A stretch of DNA of 51,149 nt from Cladosporium halotolerans (taxonomy: Eukaryota). Below are positions 11,221-21,088 of the stretch, piece after piece. The stretch covers positions 186,001 through 237,149 of the forward strand of contig NW_027191486.1 of NCBI RefSeq assembly GCF_011745625.1. Reading direction: 5' to 3'. The position numbers and the translations under genes were made by a program. Numbering within the stretch: position 1 is the first letter of the stretch; each line of letters starts with the position of its first letter. The notes under the pieces are model-generated. The model did no database searches, was not told where the DNA came from, and saw only the letters and a list, made by a program, of their open reading frames with translations.

Positions 11221-13422
11221 ATGGCTACCGGGAAAGGCATGGCTCCACAAGGGACTGCCATCAAAGAAGCGCTGCTGCCTTCACCCAACGGATCGATGCC
11301 AAAGCCTAGTTCAACGCATTCGGAAGAGCCACCTTCCAAAAAGCCAAGGCTTCGACTGAACGTCCGCAGACCAGCGACGAATGATGGAGACACGATTGCC
11401 GTGTCCAGACCCAAACGTGCATCTGTCACGCGTTCTCGATACTCCGAAGATGCCCCCGAAACCGACGAGGAGCCTGAGGTGGCGGAAGCCAAACAATCCC
11501 CAGCGGCCTCTTCCGGACTCTCGTCACTGGACTCTACAACGGTGTCTGTAAAGGAAGAGTCCGCCGGCAATAATGTCAAGCAGGGCGGCCACCGCGAGAG
11601 TTATGGTGATTTCATGTCCTACTACATCATGGATGGGGAAGACGCTGAAGAGCAGCCCAAGCCCAAGCCCAAGCCCAGAGGCCGACCAGCAAAGAGAAAG
11701 ACTGTTGCCCACGACAAGCCACATCGTGAGGCTCGAGAGAAGGCCGTCGCAGCTCAGGCTCCGGTCCCTAGCGCAGACCGCAAGCCCGAGCCGCTGAGCC
11801 AACCTTCATCGTCTATGGCTCCACCGCAACAAAAACCTCGTCAGCGTTTGATGCAGCAACAGCTAGCTCCGCCGGTGTCCGTACCCGCGCCAGCACCGTC
11901 TTACCAAGGCACTAGTATGCAGACAAGGCCTCTACCTGCTACAAGGCCTCCGCAAGTGGCAAAGCCTGCAGCACCTCCTCTGACTCCTGCCATGGAAGAG
12001 ATCACGGTAAAGTATCATGCTTCGGTGCCTGAAAAAGTGAAGAAGCTCGAGGCTTTGTCCATGGCGCTAGCGGGCTTTGCAGGCGTGCCAGCTGCCCCAA
12101 AGTCTCCACCGCCCGTCGTAAAAGGCAAGCAAAAGATTCCACAGCCCGTGAAGACGTCGTCTGACAGCGAACGTATGTATCTCAGCATCCCTGTCCCGTT
12201 CACTGATCATGGGCTAACGTCATGTATAGGTCAGGCACCTGTTGACAACTTTCTTGCGATGTTCGACGATGACGACAGCGATGGCAAAGACGACACGGCT
12301 GTCGAGTCCCAGTCTGAACGTGACGAGCCTCAGTTCCTCACAAACCCCGGCGAGCCCGATGGCCCTCTCACCTATGGCATCCAGTTTATTATGAACGCAC
12401 TGAAGTCGTGGGCGGAGCAACGTGTTTCCCGAGCCATGCTGGCAAATGAGCAATCGTCCAAGTATCAGCCGCACAAACCGCTCGACATTAGCGATACCCC
12501 CGAAGGCCAGGCTATTGCGGCTTTTCGGGAAGTCGTGGAGTCCGGCTGTTTGCAGATCAACGTAGTGATGCCAGCAGAGCTTGCAAGCGCTGTCCGCCAT
12601 CTCTATGGCCAGATTGATCACCTGATCAATTCGGGCAACAAGAACCAGTCGGACTCGTGGTTCTTCATGTCCTACAAAGCCCAAATCGACGCTCAAAAAT
12701 CTCGGGTTGACAAATGGAAAGAGCAGCAGGTCTGGGTCCAGGAAGAGATCGCTCGTCAGCAACAGTTTGTTCAGTGGCCGATGATGCACATGGGTGGGCT
12801 TCCAATGGCCAATGGATACCCACCCAATTCGCACTTCGGGGACCAAGCCCATCGTTCCGCCGACCGCAGGCGTAGTGCGCCACATGAAGGGGCACAGTCA
12901 CACAGTCGCCACATACCTCGCTCATCTTTACCTGCTGGCGCCGCTGGAAACACACCATATTCGGCTGAATCGCCGATGTCTTCTGAAGCGCGAGCTATCA
13001 ATGCTGGACAAGAGAATCCCGAGCAGAACCAGTCAACGTACATGCCTAACTTGCTGCCTCGTTCTGGACAGACTATGAGGTTCTCCTTCGCACCCAGCAA
13101 CGAAGCTGCCATCCAAGCTTTTGGCGCCGGAGCCTTTCCGGCTATCGGCCAGAAATCAGGCTCGAGCGTGCCCACTCGTGGCCCGACAAGCGCTTCGCCG
13201 TCCACGAAGGAAGCTGCTACGCCGACGCCGCCGACAGAGCGGCTCGTCCCTGGCGTCGAAGATGTCAGCGCTAGGACTGGACATGATCTTCGCGACAAGA
13301 GCAACACCGAAGCACATGGGCACCCAAGTCCTGCTCCGAGGGTGACATCAGGTTTCACGGCCGTCAACGCCCCGGCGAGGGCGCCCAAGCCTGAGGTTGA
13401 AGCCGTTATCGTCGACGACTGA
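11221..13422 (+). CDS. Uncharacterised, largely disordered nuclear protein with AT-hook-like motif
   Basis: 762-aa ORF from ATG 11134; the second ATG at 11221 is the alternative start. NLS-like PPSKKPRLR and AT-hook-like KPRGRPAKRK. Probable in-frame intron 12173-12229 (gtatgt...gctaac...tag). Confidence 0.75.
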   Translation: MATGKGMAPQGTAIKEALLPSPNGSMPKPSSTHSEEPPSKKPRLRLNVRRPATNDGDTIAVSRPKRASVTRSRYSEDAPETDEEPEVAEAKQSPAASSGLSSLDSTTVSVKEESAGNNVKQGGHRESYGDFMSYYIMDGEDAEEQPKPKPKPRGRPAKRKTVAHDKPHREAREKAVAAQAPVPSADRKPEPLSQPSSSMAPPQQKPRQRLMQQQLAPPVSVPAPAPSYQGTSMQTRPLPATRPPQVAKPAAPPLTPAMEEITVKYHASVPEKVKKLEALSMALAGFAGVPAAPKSPPPVVKGKQKIPQPVKTSSDSERMYLSIPVPFTDHGLTSCIGQAPVDNFLAMFDDDDSDGKDDTAVESQSERDEPQFLTNPGEPDGPLTYGIQFIMNALKSWAEQRVSRAMLANEQSSKYQPHKPLDISDTPEGQAIAAFREVVESGCLQINVVMPAELASAVRHLYGQIDHLINSGNKNQSDSWFFMSYKAQIDAQKSRVDKWKEQQVWVQEEIARQQQFVQWPMMHMGGLPMANGYPPNSHFGDQAHRSADRRRSAPHEGAQSHSRHIPRSSLPAGAAGNTPYSAESPMSSEARAINAGQENPEQNQSTYMPNLLPRSGQTMRFSFAPSNEAAIQAFGAGAFPAIGQKSGSSVPTRGPTSASPSTKEAATPTPPTERLVPGVEDVSARTGHDLRDKSNTEAHGHPSPAPRVTSGFTAVNAPARAPKPEVEAVIVDD

Positions 13423-13485
13423 TCCGCTGCAACCTTTGTGAGGCACCTGGTCCTCGTTTGAGACGGTTTTCTGAGCTGGATCCTT

Positions 13486-13523
13486 TTCTTCTTCTTCTTC
13501 TTCTTCTTCTTCTTCTTCTTCTT
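13486..13523. repeat. (TTC)n microsatellite, about 12 units, in the 3' UTR region
   Basis: Uninterrupted ttc run. Confidence 0.95.
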
Positions 13524-13885
13524 TGGTACAGAAGTTACCCTAATTCTCTTGCATTGAATGGTGTTTTGAGCGAGCCAGCTCGAGCTAGCGATTGGCGTAA
13601 TACTTGATAATGGGTTTTTCTTTCGACTTTCCTGCGGTTTCTTTTTCCAAGTCTCGCCGAAGCACTTCGGACGGCACAATGGGATAAACAAAAGCCGAGC
13701 GGTGCTGGTGAATCAGTCTTCAATCAAGGCCAACTATCGGAGGCTGAGCAAGCATTCGACGGGCATGTGCTTTTACCGGTGTAATTATATCAGTGTACGA
13801 GTAGTGAATGCCGCATTCCGGATGAGGACGCTCATGTTCCTGAAAAAAATTCTTTTCCATGTCCTCAAAAAGTGTGAATCGTCGT

Positions 13886-13999
13886 TAGGCTACTGGCTTA
13901 CAGCACCTTGGATCTGTAGTATACCTAGTTGTGGAAGCCCGATACAAGGTGTGAAACTAGGTATACTACAGATCCAAGGTGCTGTAAGCCAGTAGCCTA
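13886..13999. mobile_element. Perfect 45-bp inverted repeat with a 24-nt spacer; candidate MITE with TA target-site duplication
   Basis: 13886-13930 taggctactggcttacagcaccttggatctgtagtatacctagtt is the exact reverse complement of 13955-13999. TA is present at both ends. The palindrome is certain; the MITE identity is inferred. Confidence 0.6.
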
Positions 14000-14332
14000 T
14001 GTTTGCCTGAGGCTTGCTAGGTCGGCTAAGCGACGTCACCTCTCGTGACCAAGCAGAGTCGGGCGTTGCGGGCCTTCTTAGAAGTATGGGCACGGCGCTG
14101 GGCGCCACGAGGCACTTGAAGCATGCTCGTCAATAATTATTATACGTGTTCCTGTAGCAGATAATAGGCATTGCCTGCGTCTCCCCCATCCAAGCACCGG
14201 AAAGCGGAAAGGGAAGATGCTCACGGCTTGGTATCGCTGATCCATATTGCAGACAAAGAAAATAACAAGGCTCTTCTGTCGCCCTCAAAACCCTTCTCTC
14301 CGTGTAAAGATGCTCCCTCCTCCACTGTGCGC

Positions 14333-15175
14333 TTAGCACTGACAGCCTCCCGCGCCCCCAGCGGTGCCCGCATCTTCTCTCCTGCCGAGGTCCACGCCGC
14401 CTGGCCTGCCTCCTGCGCCGCGCATTCCCCTCTGGCTGGCCTGCTCGATCGGCAGCTTCTTTGCGATCGCGGTGAACAGCTCCTTCACGTTCTCGGCGGT
14501 CTTCGCGGACGTCTCGAAGAAGAGCAGGTTGGCCTCTTTGGCGTAGGCCTCGGCATCGGCGACGGGCACGGCGCGCTTGTCGGGTTGCTCGGCGACGAGA
14601 TCGGCTTTGTTTCCGGCGAGGGCGATGACAATATTCTCGTTGGCCTGGCGCTGCAGTTCCTTTACCCAGGCCTTGGCTTTGTCTAGTGAGCTCTGCGATA
14701 GTCGCATCAGTATGTAATTCCCTCGCTTTCTTGGCTCTTCCGGCTCCTTACAGCTTGCGTAATGTCGTAAACAACCACCGCGCAGTTTGCGTTTCTGTAG
14801 TACATGGGTGCCAGGGACTTGTAGCGCTCCTGGCCTGCTGTGTCCCAGATCTCGAACTTCACGGTCGTTTGGTCGTCGAGCGCAAGAGTTTGTGTGAGGA
14901 AAGCGGCGCCGATGGTGGATTCTCTGTAGTCATCGAATTGATCCTGCCCGGCGTGTTAGTGCCAGGTCATCCTGTGCATTCGGCGGCCTTGGGCGTCGTA
15001 CCTTGACAAAGCGGAGGACCAGGGAACTCTTTCCGACGGCGGACTCGCCTTCCGTGTGTCAGCGTGAGAACTCCGAGGCTCATGCGCTATCTTCACACTC
15101 ACCCAGCAGTACGAGCTTGAACTGCGCAAACCGGGCGCCGCCGGGGCGACCGCCTTGCTGCATGCGTTGGGCCAT
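14333..15175 (-). CDS. YPT52: Rab5-family GTPase (Ypt52/RabB-like)
   Basis: Spliced: [55 protein letters not shown]...[18 protein letters not shown]...GNKAD...ETSAK, ending in the CQC prenylation motif; 3 introns. Confidence 0.92.
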
Positions 15176-15568
15176 GATCGGGCCTCGAGTGTCGGGGTCG
15201 AGAGGATGTTATCTGGTCGGGCAAAATGCAGCGGATATCGTTGTATGCGATGGCTGGTTGGAGAGATTGTTTGCGGGGTGGTTTAGTCGTGGAGTTGGTT
15301 GGAGATAGTAATGCAGCAGCCTTGAAGCCACTGATTGCGCGTGGGCGTTGTCTCCAACGCCAGGGCAGCAGGTCGTGCGGGAAGCCCCGGCGCGCCCCCC
15401 AGCGGCATGACTTCACGTGCCGCTTGCGTGCCACAGCCACCACGATACGTCGCCCATCATTGATTTCTCCCCAAACCTAAATTATCTGGGCCGGCTAAGA
15501 CCTGATTGTTGAGAAGAGAGTAATCTGATCATAACTAGGACGCAGACGACTGCGACCGCTTTGCCAAA

Positions 15569-17754
15569 ATGAGTGCAACACTTCCCTTCAGGGATATCAA
15601 CGTCCACGCCTCGCCCTCATACTACGCTTTCTCGTCGCCTTCCTCGCCTGACGCCCCTACCCTGGTTGTCGAGCGTCCTACAGGTGATATTCGCCTCAAC
15701 GATGGCAAAATCACAGGAGGCCACAGGGTCTCCAATATCCCTGGCATTTTGGGCATTATCCACCTCAAGCTTGGTATGCTGCTAGAAGAGACAGGGATGC
15801 CGACGATCGGCTGACGAGATATCACAGACAGCTATATCATCACAATCGCGAAAGCCACTCCTGTTGGCCGGATCAAGGGGCACCAGATCTATCAAGTAAC
15901 GGCGACGGAATTCTTGCCCCTTCGCGAGCGCCAAGTGCGCGACCCCGACGAGGACACTTACTTGACATACCTCAAGACCTTGCTGAAGAATGGACCGATG
16001 TACTTCTCGTACACCTTCGACATCACCAATAGCTTCCAAAGGCAATCTCAGCAGGACCCAAGGTCTCCTATGTGGGAAAGGGCCGATGACCGCTTCTACT
16101 GGAACAAGTTCATCAACACTTCGATGATCGACTTCAGATCTGGAAAGGGCTCTGGCAGAATTTCCACTGGAGCACAGCCTGCTATTGATCCGTACATTCT
16201 TCCTGTGATGTATGGTATGCTTCGCATCACCAACACATCCATCAAAGGGAACGCTATGGTTTTCCTTCTTATCACCAGGAGATCAAGGCACAGAACTGGC
16301 ACCAGGTACATGTCTCGCGGTATCGACGAGGACGGACACGTCTCAAACTTCAACGAGACCGAGCAGGCTATCATCCTGAATGATTCTGGATCTCGTGGTC
16401 CGACAAGCTTCGCTGGCGATCAAGGATACACGAATGGGAAGCCCGTGGGAGGCTCTGAAACTCAAGTTCTGTCCTATGTGCAGACCCGTGGCAGTGTACC
16501 GTTGTACTGGGCTGAGATCAACACTCTCAAGTACACGCCCAAATTGCAGGTCCGTGGTGTACAGTCAGCAACATCTGCTGCAAAGAAGCACTTTGATGAG
16601 CAGATCAAGCTGTACGGCGAGAACTACATGGTCAACCTCGTGAATCAGAAGGGACGCGAGCAACAAGTCAAAGAGGCTTACGAGCAAATGGTCAAGCTTT
16701 TGCAGACCGACCCAGATGTTGAGAAGGAGTCCGACCGTAGGACAAGAGAGCAAGCGAAGATCATCGAGCCCGATCACCCCAAGGGCTGGTACGACCATCT
16801 TCACTACGTTTACTTCGATTTCCACAACGAGACTAAGGGTCTCAAGTGGCATCGTGCTCAGCTACTCCTCGACCATCTGAAGGACGGTCTGGTCGCTGGC
16901 GGATACTTCCACGGCATTGACATGCCTTCCGGCGGTATCGATGTCCGCAACAGACAGACTGCTGTTGTCAGAACCAACTGCATGGATTGCCTCGACCGTA
17001 CCAATGTTGTACAGTCCATGCTTGGCCGCTGGACCTTGACGCGTATGCTCATCGATCTGGGCATGCTGCGCCCAGGCGAAAGCGCCCAGGATGACGCCTC
17101 CTTCGAAGTCCTCTTCCGCAACAAGTGGGCCGACAATGCCGATATTGTTTCGAAGACATACTCCGGTACTGGCGCGCTCAAGACTGATTTCACTCGTACC
17201 GGCAACAGGACCAAGGCGGGTGCGCTGCAGGACTTCAATCGCAGCGTGACGCGCTATTTCCAAAACAATTTCGCCGACGGCCCGCGACAGGACAGCTTTG
17301 ACCTCTTCTTGGGTGCTTACAAGCCCGATTCTGCACCCCTTGGAGCACAGCATTTCGCCGACCGTCGTCCGCTGGCAGTGCAGTCTATGCCTTACATCCT
17401 GGGCATGTGCGTGTTCTTCGTCATTGTCAGCCTCGGCACAAACCGCATGCCTGACTCAACCGTATGGCCGCTCCGGCTGTTCACATTGACCTGTCTTGGA
17501 GTTGCCGGATACTCAGCCAAATTCATCTTGGGCCACGGCTCTCTCTATGTAAGTTCGACTTGCCGAAGAAACGTTTGCGGATTACTAACCCACCGCAGGT
17601 CAATTGGCCGAAACTCAATACCCCGCCGTGGGCCGTCGAAGCCTACGACGATGTTCTCACGAAGGCGCACAAAGATCCGGTTGTCGGTCCTTTCCTTGGC
17701 AACGGACGCACCGATACGGGTTATCTCGAAGAAGGCAAGAAGCGTCGCGAGTAG
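15569..17754 (+). CDS. SAC1: Phosphoinositide (PI4P) phosphatase Sac1
   Basis: Catalytic RTNCMDCLDRTN (CX5R), RGID-G-VSNF-ETEQ, QTRGSVP, YSGTGALKTDFTRTG, and two C-terminal TMs. Introns at about 15774-15827 and 17549-17598. Confidence 0.95.
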
Positions 17755-17844
17755 TCTACACAGCTTTAAATTTCCATTTGTTTCTTCTATAGATAGCAGT
17801 TTCTTTTAATCGTTGCCAGGCTTTCGGCTACCAATGCACGGCCT

Positions 17845-18702
17845 TTACAGATCGTCCAAAATATCTCGTTCGTTTTCACCACCCTCTCCAAGCCACCAAG
17901 AGAAAAGCTTGCCATATTGCTCAGCAATCGGGAAGCCCGCGATCAGATCGCCAAAAATCTCATCAAACTCTTCCGGCTCGCCGCCGTTCCCAGCGAATTC
18001 CAACAGCCGCTGGATGATGTACACTTCATGCGCACAAGTTGACTCAAATAGTGACCTGAGCTGCCATCGCGCGTCAGGAATGCCGTCGACCGGGCTGTAT
18101 GACCCCAGCATTCGTGCCATGCCCTGTCCTGTAGGCAGTGGGATGTAGCGGACGCCGTAAGGGCACTGCAAGTGAGGGAACGAGATCTTGCAATGCGGGA
18201 AGCCCAGACTCTCTACTCTGATTAAGGCGGGAGGAGTGGCGGCCCAAGCGCTGCAAAGGAACGGGGACGTATCGCAGTTGAGTGTGAAGATCGAGGCATT
18301 GTTGGCCGGCGGCGAGAGATAGTATTTCTCAGTGACTTCGTCAAAAGCCGCGTCGAAGCGCGTGCATTCTTCAGCGGACGAGCACGTCTGGTTGCCGGTA
18401 ATGTAAATCCAGATATGACGGTGGTCCTTCTTCATGAAGTTTTGGTCTTCGGTCAGGCGGAGCATGCTTTTGTAGTTGTATGTCGTGAGCGGGAAAATAT
18501 TCCAAATATCGCGATAAAGCAAGCGTTCAATCTCGGCTTGGACTGAAGGCGCTGAGGTGTTCCATGGCGAGTCTGATTTGTATTCTTCGTAGAGCGTTGG
18601 GACAATGTATGCGGAGAAACCCAGGAACGCCGTAATGGCGCTGAAGACGGAGATGGCGGAACACCACAGTATGAGTGATCGCACTTTACTCCAGAACGAC
18701 AT
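17845..18702 (-). CDS. Membrane-anchored, Cys-containing thioredoxin-like-fold protein (uncharacterised fungal family)
   Basis: Intronless ORF of about 285 aa with an N-terminal TM. WIYITGNQTCSSAEECTRFDAAFDE...NCDTSPFLCSAW resembles a degenerate TMX/thioredoxin domain. Confidence 0.6.
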   Translation of the reverse strand: MSFWSKVRSLILWCSAISVFSAITAFLGFSAYIVPTLYEEYKSDSPWNTSAPSVQAEIERLLYRDIWNIFPLTTYNYKSMLRLTEDQNFMKKDHRHIWIYITGNQTCSSAEECTRFDAAFDEVTEKYYLSPPANNASIFTLNCDTSPFLCSAWAATPPALIRVESLGFPHCKISFPHLQCPYGVRYIPLPTGQGMARMLGSYSPVDGIPDARWQLRSLFESTCAHEVYIIQRLLEFAGNGGEPEEFDEIFGDLIAGFPIAEQYGKLFSWWLGEGGENERDILDDL

Positions 18703-19331
18703 TATGCCGGCTGAAAGCAAGAATCGAACTTGAGTAGTTGCCGGTATTTTATCTCAAATCTGGTCATTCACTGTGAACCAGGCCGGGCAACGTGTGAAGT
18801 CCATCGCATGGAGCGCAATTCTGCCTCCGAAACTCCCCCGAAACGTCAATTGTCTGCCATCAACATGCCAGGATGAAGGACGCTCCCCAACTCGGCCGTT
18901 CGACAACGCACAGAAATTTTCTTGGATGATCAAATAATCTCAAAAGTGTAGATAGGTATAATAATCAGTTAAGCTCGCCACAAAATATCCGAAATGCGAT
19001 AGATGCACACGATGGCACCAAAGCGATCTGCATCTTCTCCACCTTCGCGATCTCCACGGTCCGTACGGCCACCGCTGAACAACTGCCGACGACACGCGTG
19101 GCGTTAGGGTCACGAATCACGAGCGTGACGCCGGCCCGTCTATTCCATGCGCATGGGACAGCGATGATACCGTTCAATCGCTTATGCTCTGTCTGCCCTT
19201 GATTGCCGAGGGGGCTAAAGCGATGACGACCCCTCTTCCAAAGCCGTTCCCATCTCATCCATCTTTCTGTATCTTTAGCAAGTAAATCTGTCAGGTCTCC
19301 TTCATTTTGATTTGCGCGTCGCCTATTAAGA

Positions 19332-21036
19332 ATGGCTGATCTCTCCGTTGAGGTCCATGATGGACCTGTCGTTCAAGCGGTCAAATTCGTACGGACCTAC
19401 TGGCCGCTGCTCCTGCCAGCATTTCTAATCTTCCGTTTCCTTTGCTATCGCTACGCTTCCCCTCTGAGACAGTATCCAGGCCCTTTCTTGGCTTCTGGTA
19501 GTCGACTATGGAAGGTTTGGAGCACCTACAGCGGCAATACCGAAACCGATCATATCCTTCTTCACGAGCAATACGGTATGCTCTTCACATTCCTTTCTTC
19601 CAATACTTAGGCTTTATCTCAAGCTCACCTCCTATAGGCCCGATCGTTCGAATCGCCCCGAATGAGGTGTCATTCTCCTCTCCTTATGCTGCTCGCGAAG
19701 TGCTAGCAGCCGGCAAAGGCTTCCATAAGACAGACTTCTACTCCGTTTTCCCGCCAGCTGAGAACCCGGACATCTTCACCGAGACCAACGAGCACGCCCA
19801 CTCGCTCAAGAAACGGTATGCCTCGAACGCGTATTCCATGGCCTCGATGCAAAACCTGAGCAGCTACATCGAAGACACCCAGCGTCTGCTTGCCAGTAAA
19901 TTGGACCAGAAATGCATTTCGCCGGAACAGACTTGCGATCTGGGCGACTGGCTGCACTTCTTTGCTTTCGACGTCTTGGGCGAGGTGGCGTTTAGTCGCA
20001 AGTTTGGGTTCTTGGAAAGCGGTTGCGATTTGGAGGGTGCGATCAAGACCATCGACGATGTGCAGTGGTATGACGGTATCATTGGCCAGATTCCGGAGTG
20101 GGATCTTGTTTTTCGACGTAACCCGTTGGCGAAGTTTCTACCTGGCATGGACCCGAGTAAATCACTGATCACCCGCATGGCGCTTGAGGAGCTTTCGGCG
20201 AGGAAGAATTACGGAGAGAAAGTCATTGATCGCAAAGACTTGCTGAGCCAGTTGATGGCGGCGAACGAGAAAGTGCCGGAGAACTTCAAGGAGGGTGATG
20301 TGTTCGCTATTGCTCACGGTGCGATGTAAGTGTGTGATGAACTCTCACGTCGATCAAAACATTTACCCTCTTCCTAGATTCGCCGGTTCGGATTCTACAG
20401 CTTCGACAATGCAGTCATTCTGCCACCACGTTCTCCGAGAGCCCAGCATCCACGCTCGGCTCAGAGAAGAGATCGACGCTGCAGTCGCCGCCGGCAGCCT
20501 AGGCCAGTTCCCGCAGTGGAACGAAGTCCAAGCCCTCCCTTATTTCCAGGCCTGCTTGAAGGAAGCAATGCGCGTGCGGCCTGCAGTGGGCTTGAACATC
20601 ACTCGACAGGTACCACCTCAGGGAGCGGAAATTGGCGGAAAGAAGTTCCCGGGTGGCACAAGAGTCGCTGTGAACGGGTGGGTGCTGCACAGGAATGAAG
20701 AAGTTTTTGGCGCAGAGCCAAAGGTGTTTAGGCCGGAGAGGTGGCTAGAGGGAGATGCGAAGAACATGGAGCGATACATGTTCCAGTTCGGAGGAGGAAG
20801 TCACCTGTGTAAGTCTGAGAGGTCTAGAATCATGGAATGCATTGCTGATATGATTTATTGCAGGTATCGGCAAAAATCTGGCTTTGCTCGAGATGAACAA
20901 GACCTTGCCATTACTCTTCAGAGACTATGATTTGGAACTGTTTGAGCCGCAGAAGGACCTACAGTACCACTCGACTTTCTTTGTGGTGCAGCATGGCTTG
21001 AATGTTCGAATTTCAAGGCGTGGAAGTCGCAACTGA
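19332..21036 (+). CDS. Cytochrome P450 (pisatin-demethylase/benzoate-hydroxylase-like group), 511 aa
   Basis: Exons 19332-19575, 19638-20325, 20378-20808, 20864-21036. Motifs AGSDST, EAMR (ExxR), FRPERW and FGGGSHLCIG; the heme Cys codon is split by intron 3. Confidence 0.93.
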
Positions 21037-21088
21037 CTTGGCTATTTGAAAACTTTCTGATAGCCTAGATCATCCGTCCCCTCGGTGT

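Noticed and set aside
12771..13691. 306-aa minus ORF with a poly-Lys run
   Set aside because: The poly-K is just the (TTC)n microsatellite, and the rest is antisense to the 762-aa ORF.
13702..14108. Two opposite-strand ORFs sharing the peptide GYWLTAPWICSIPS...KLGILQIQGAVSQ
   Set aside because: An artefact of translating the perfect inverted repeat on both strands; not a duplicated gene.
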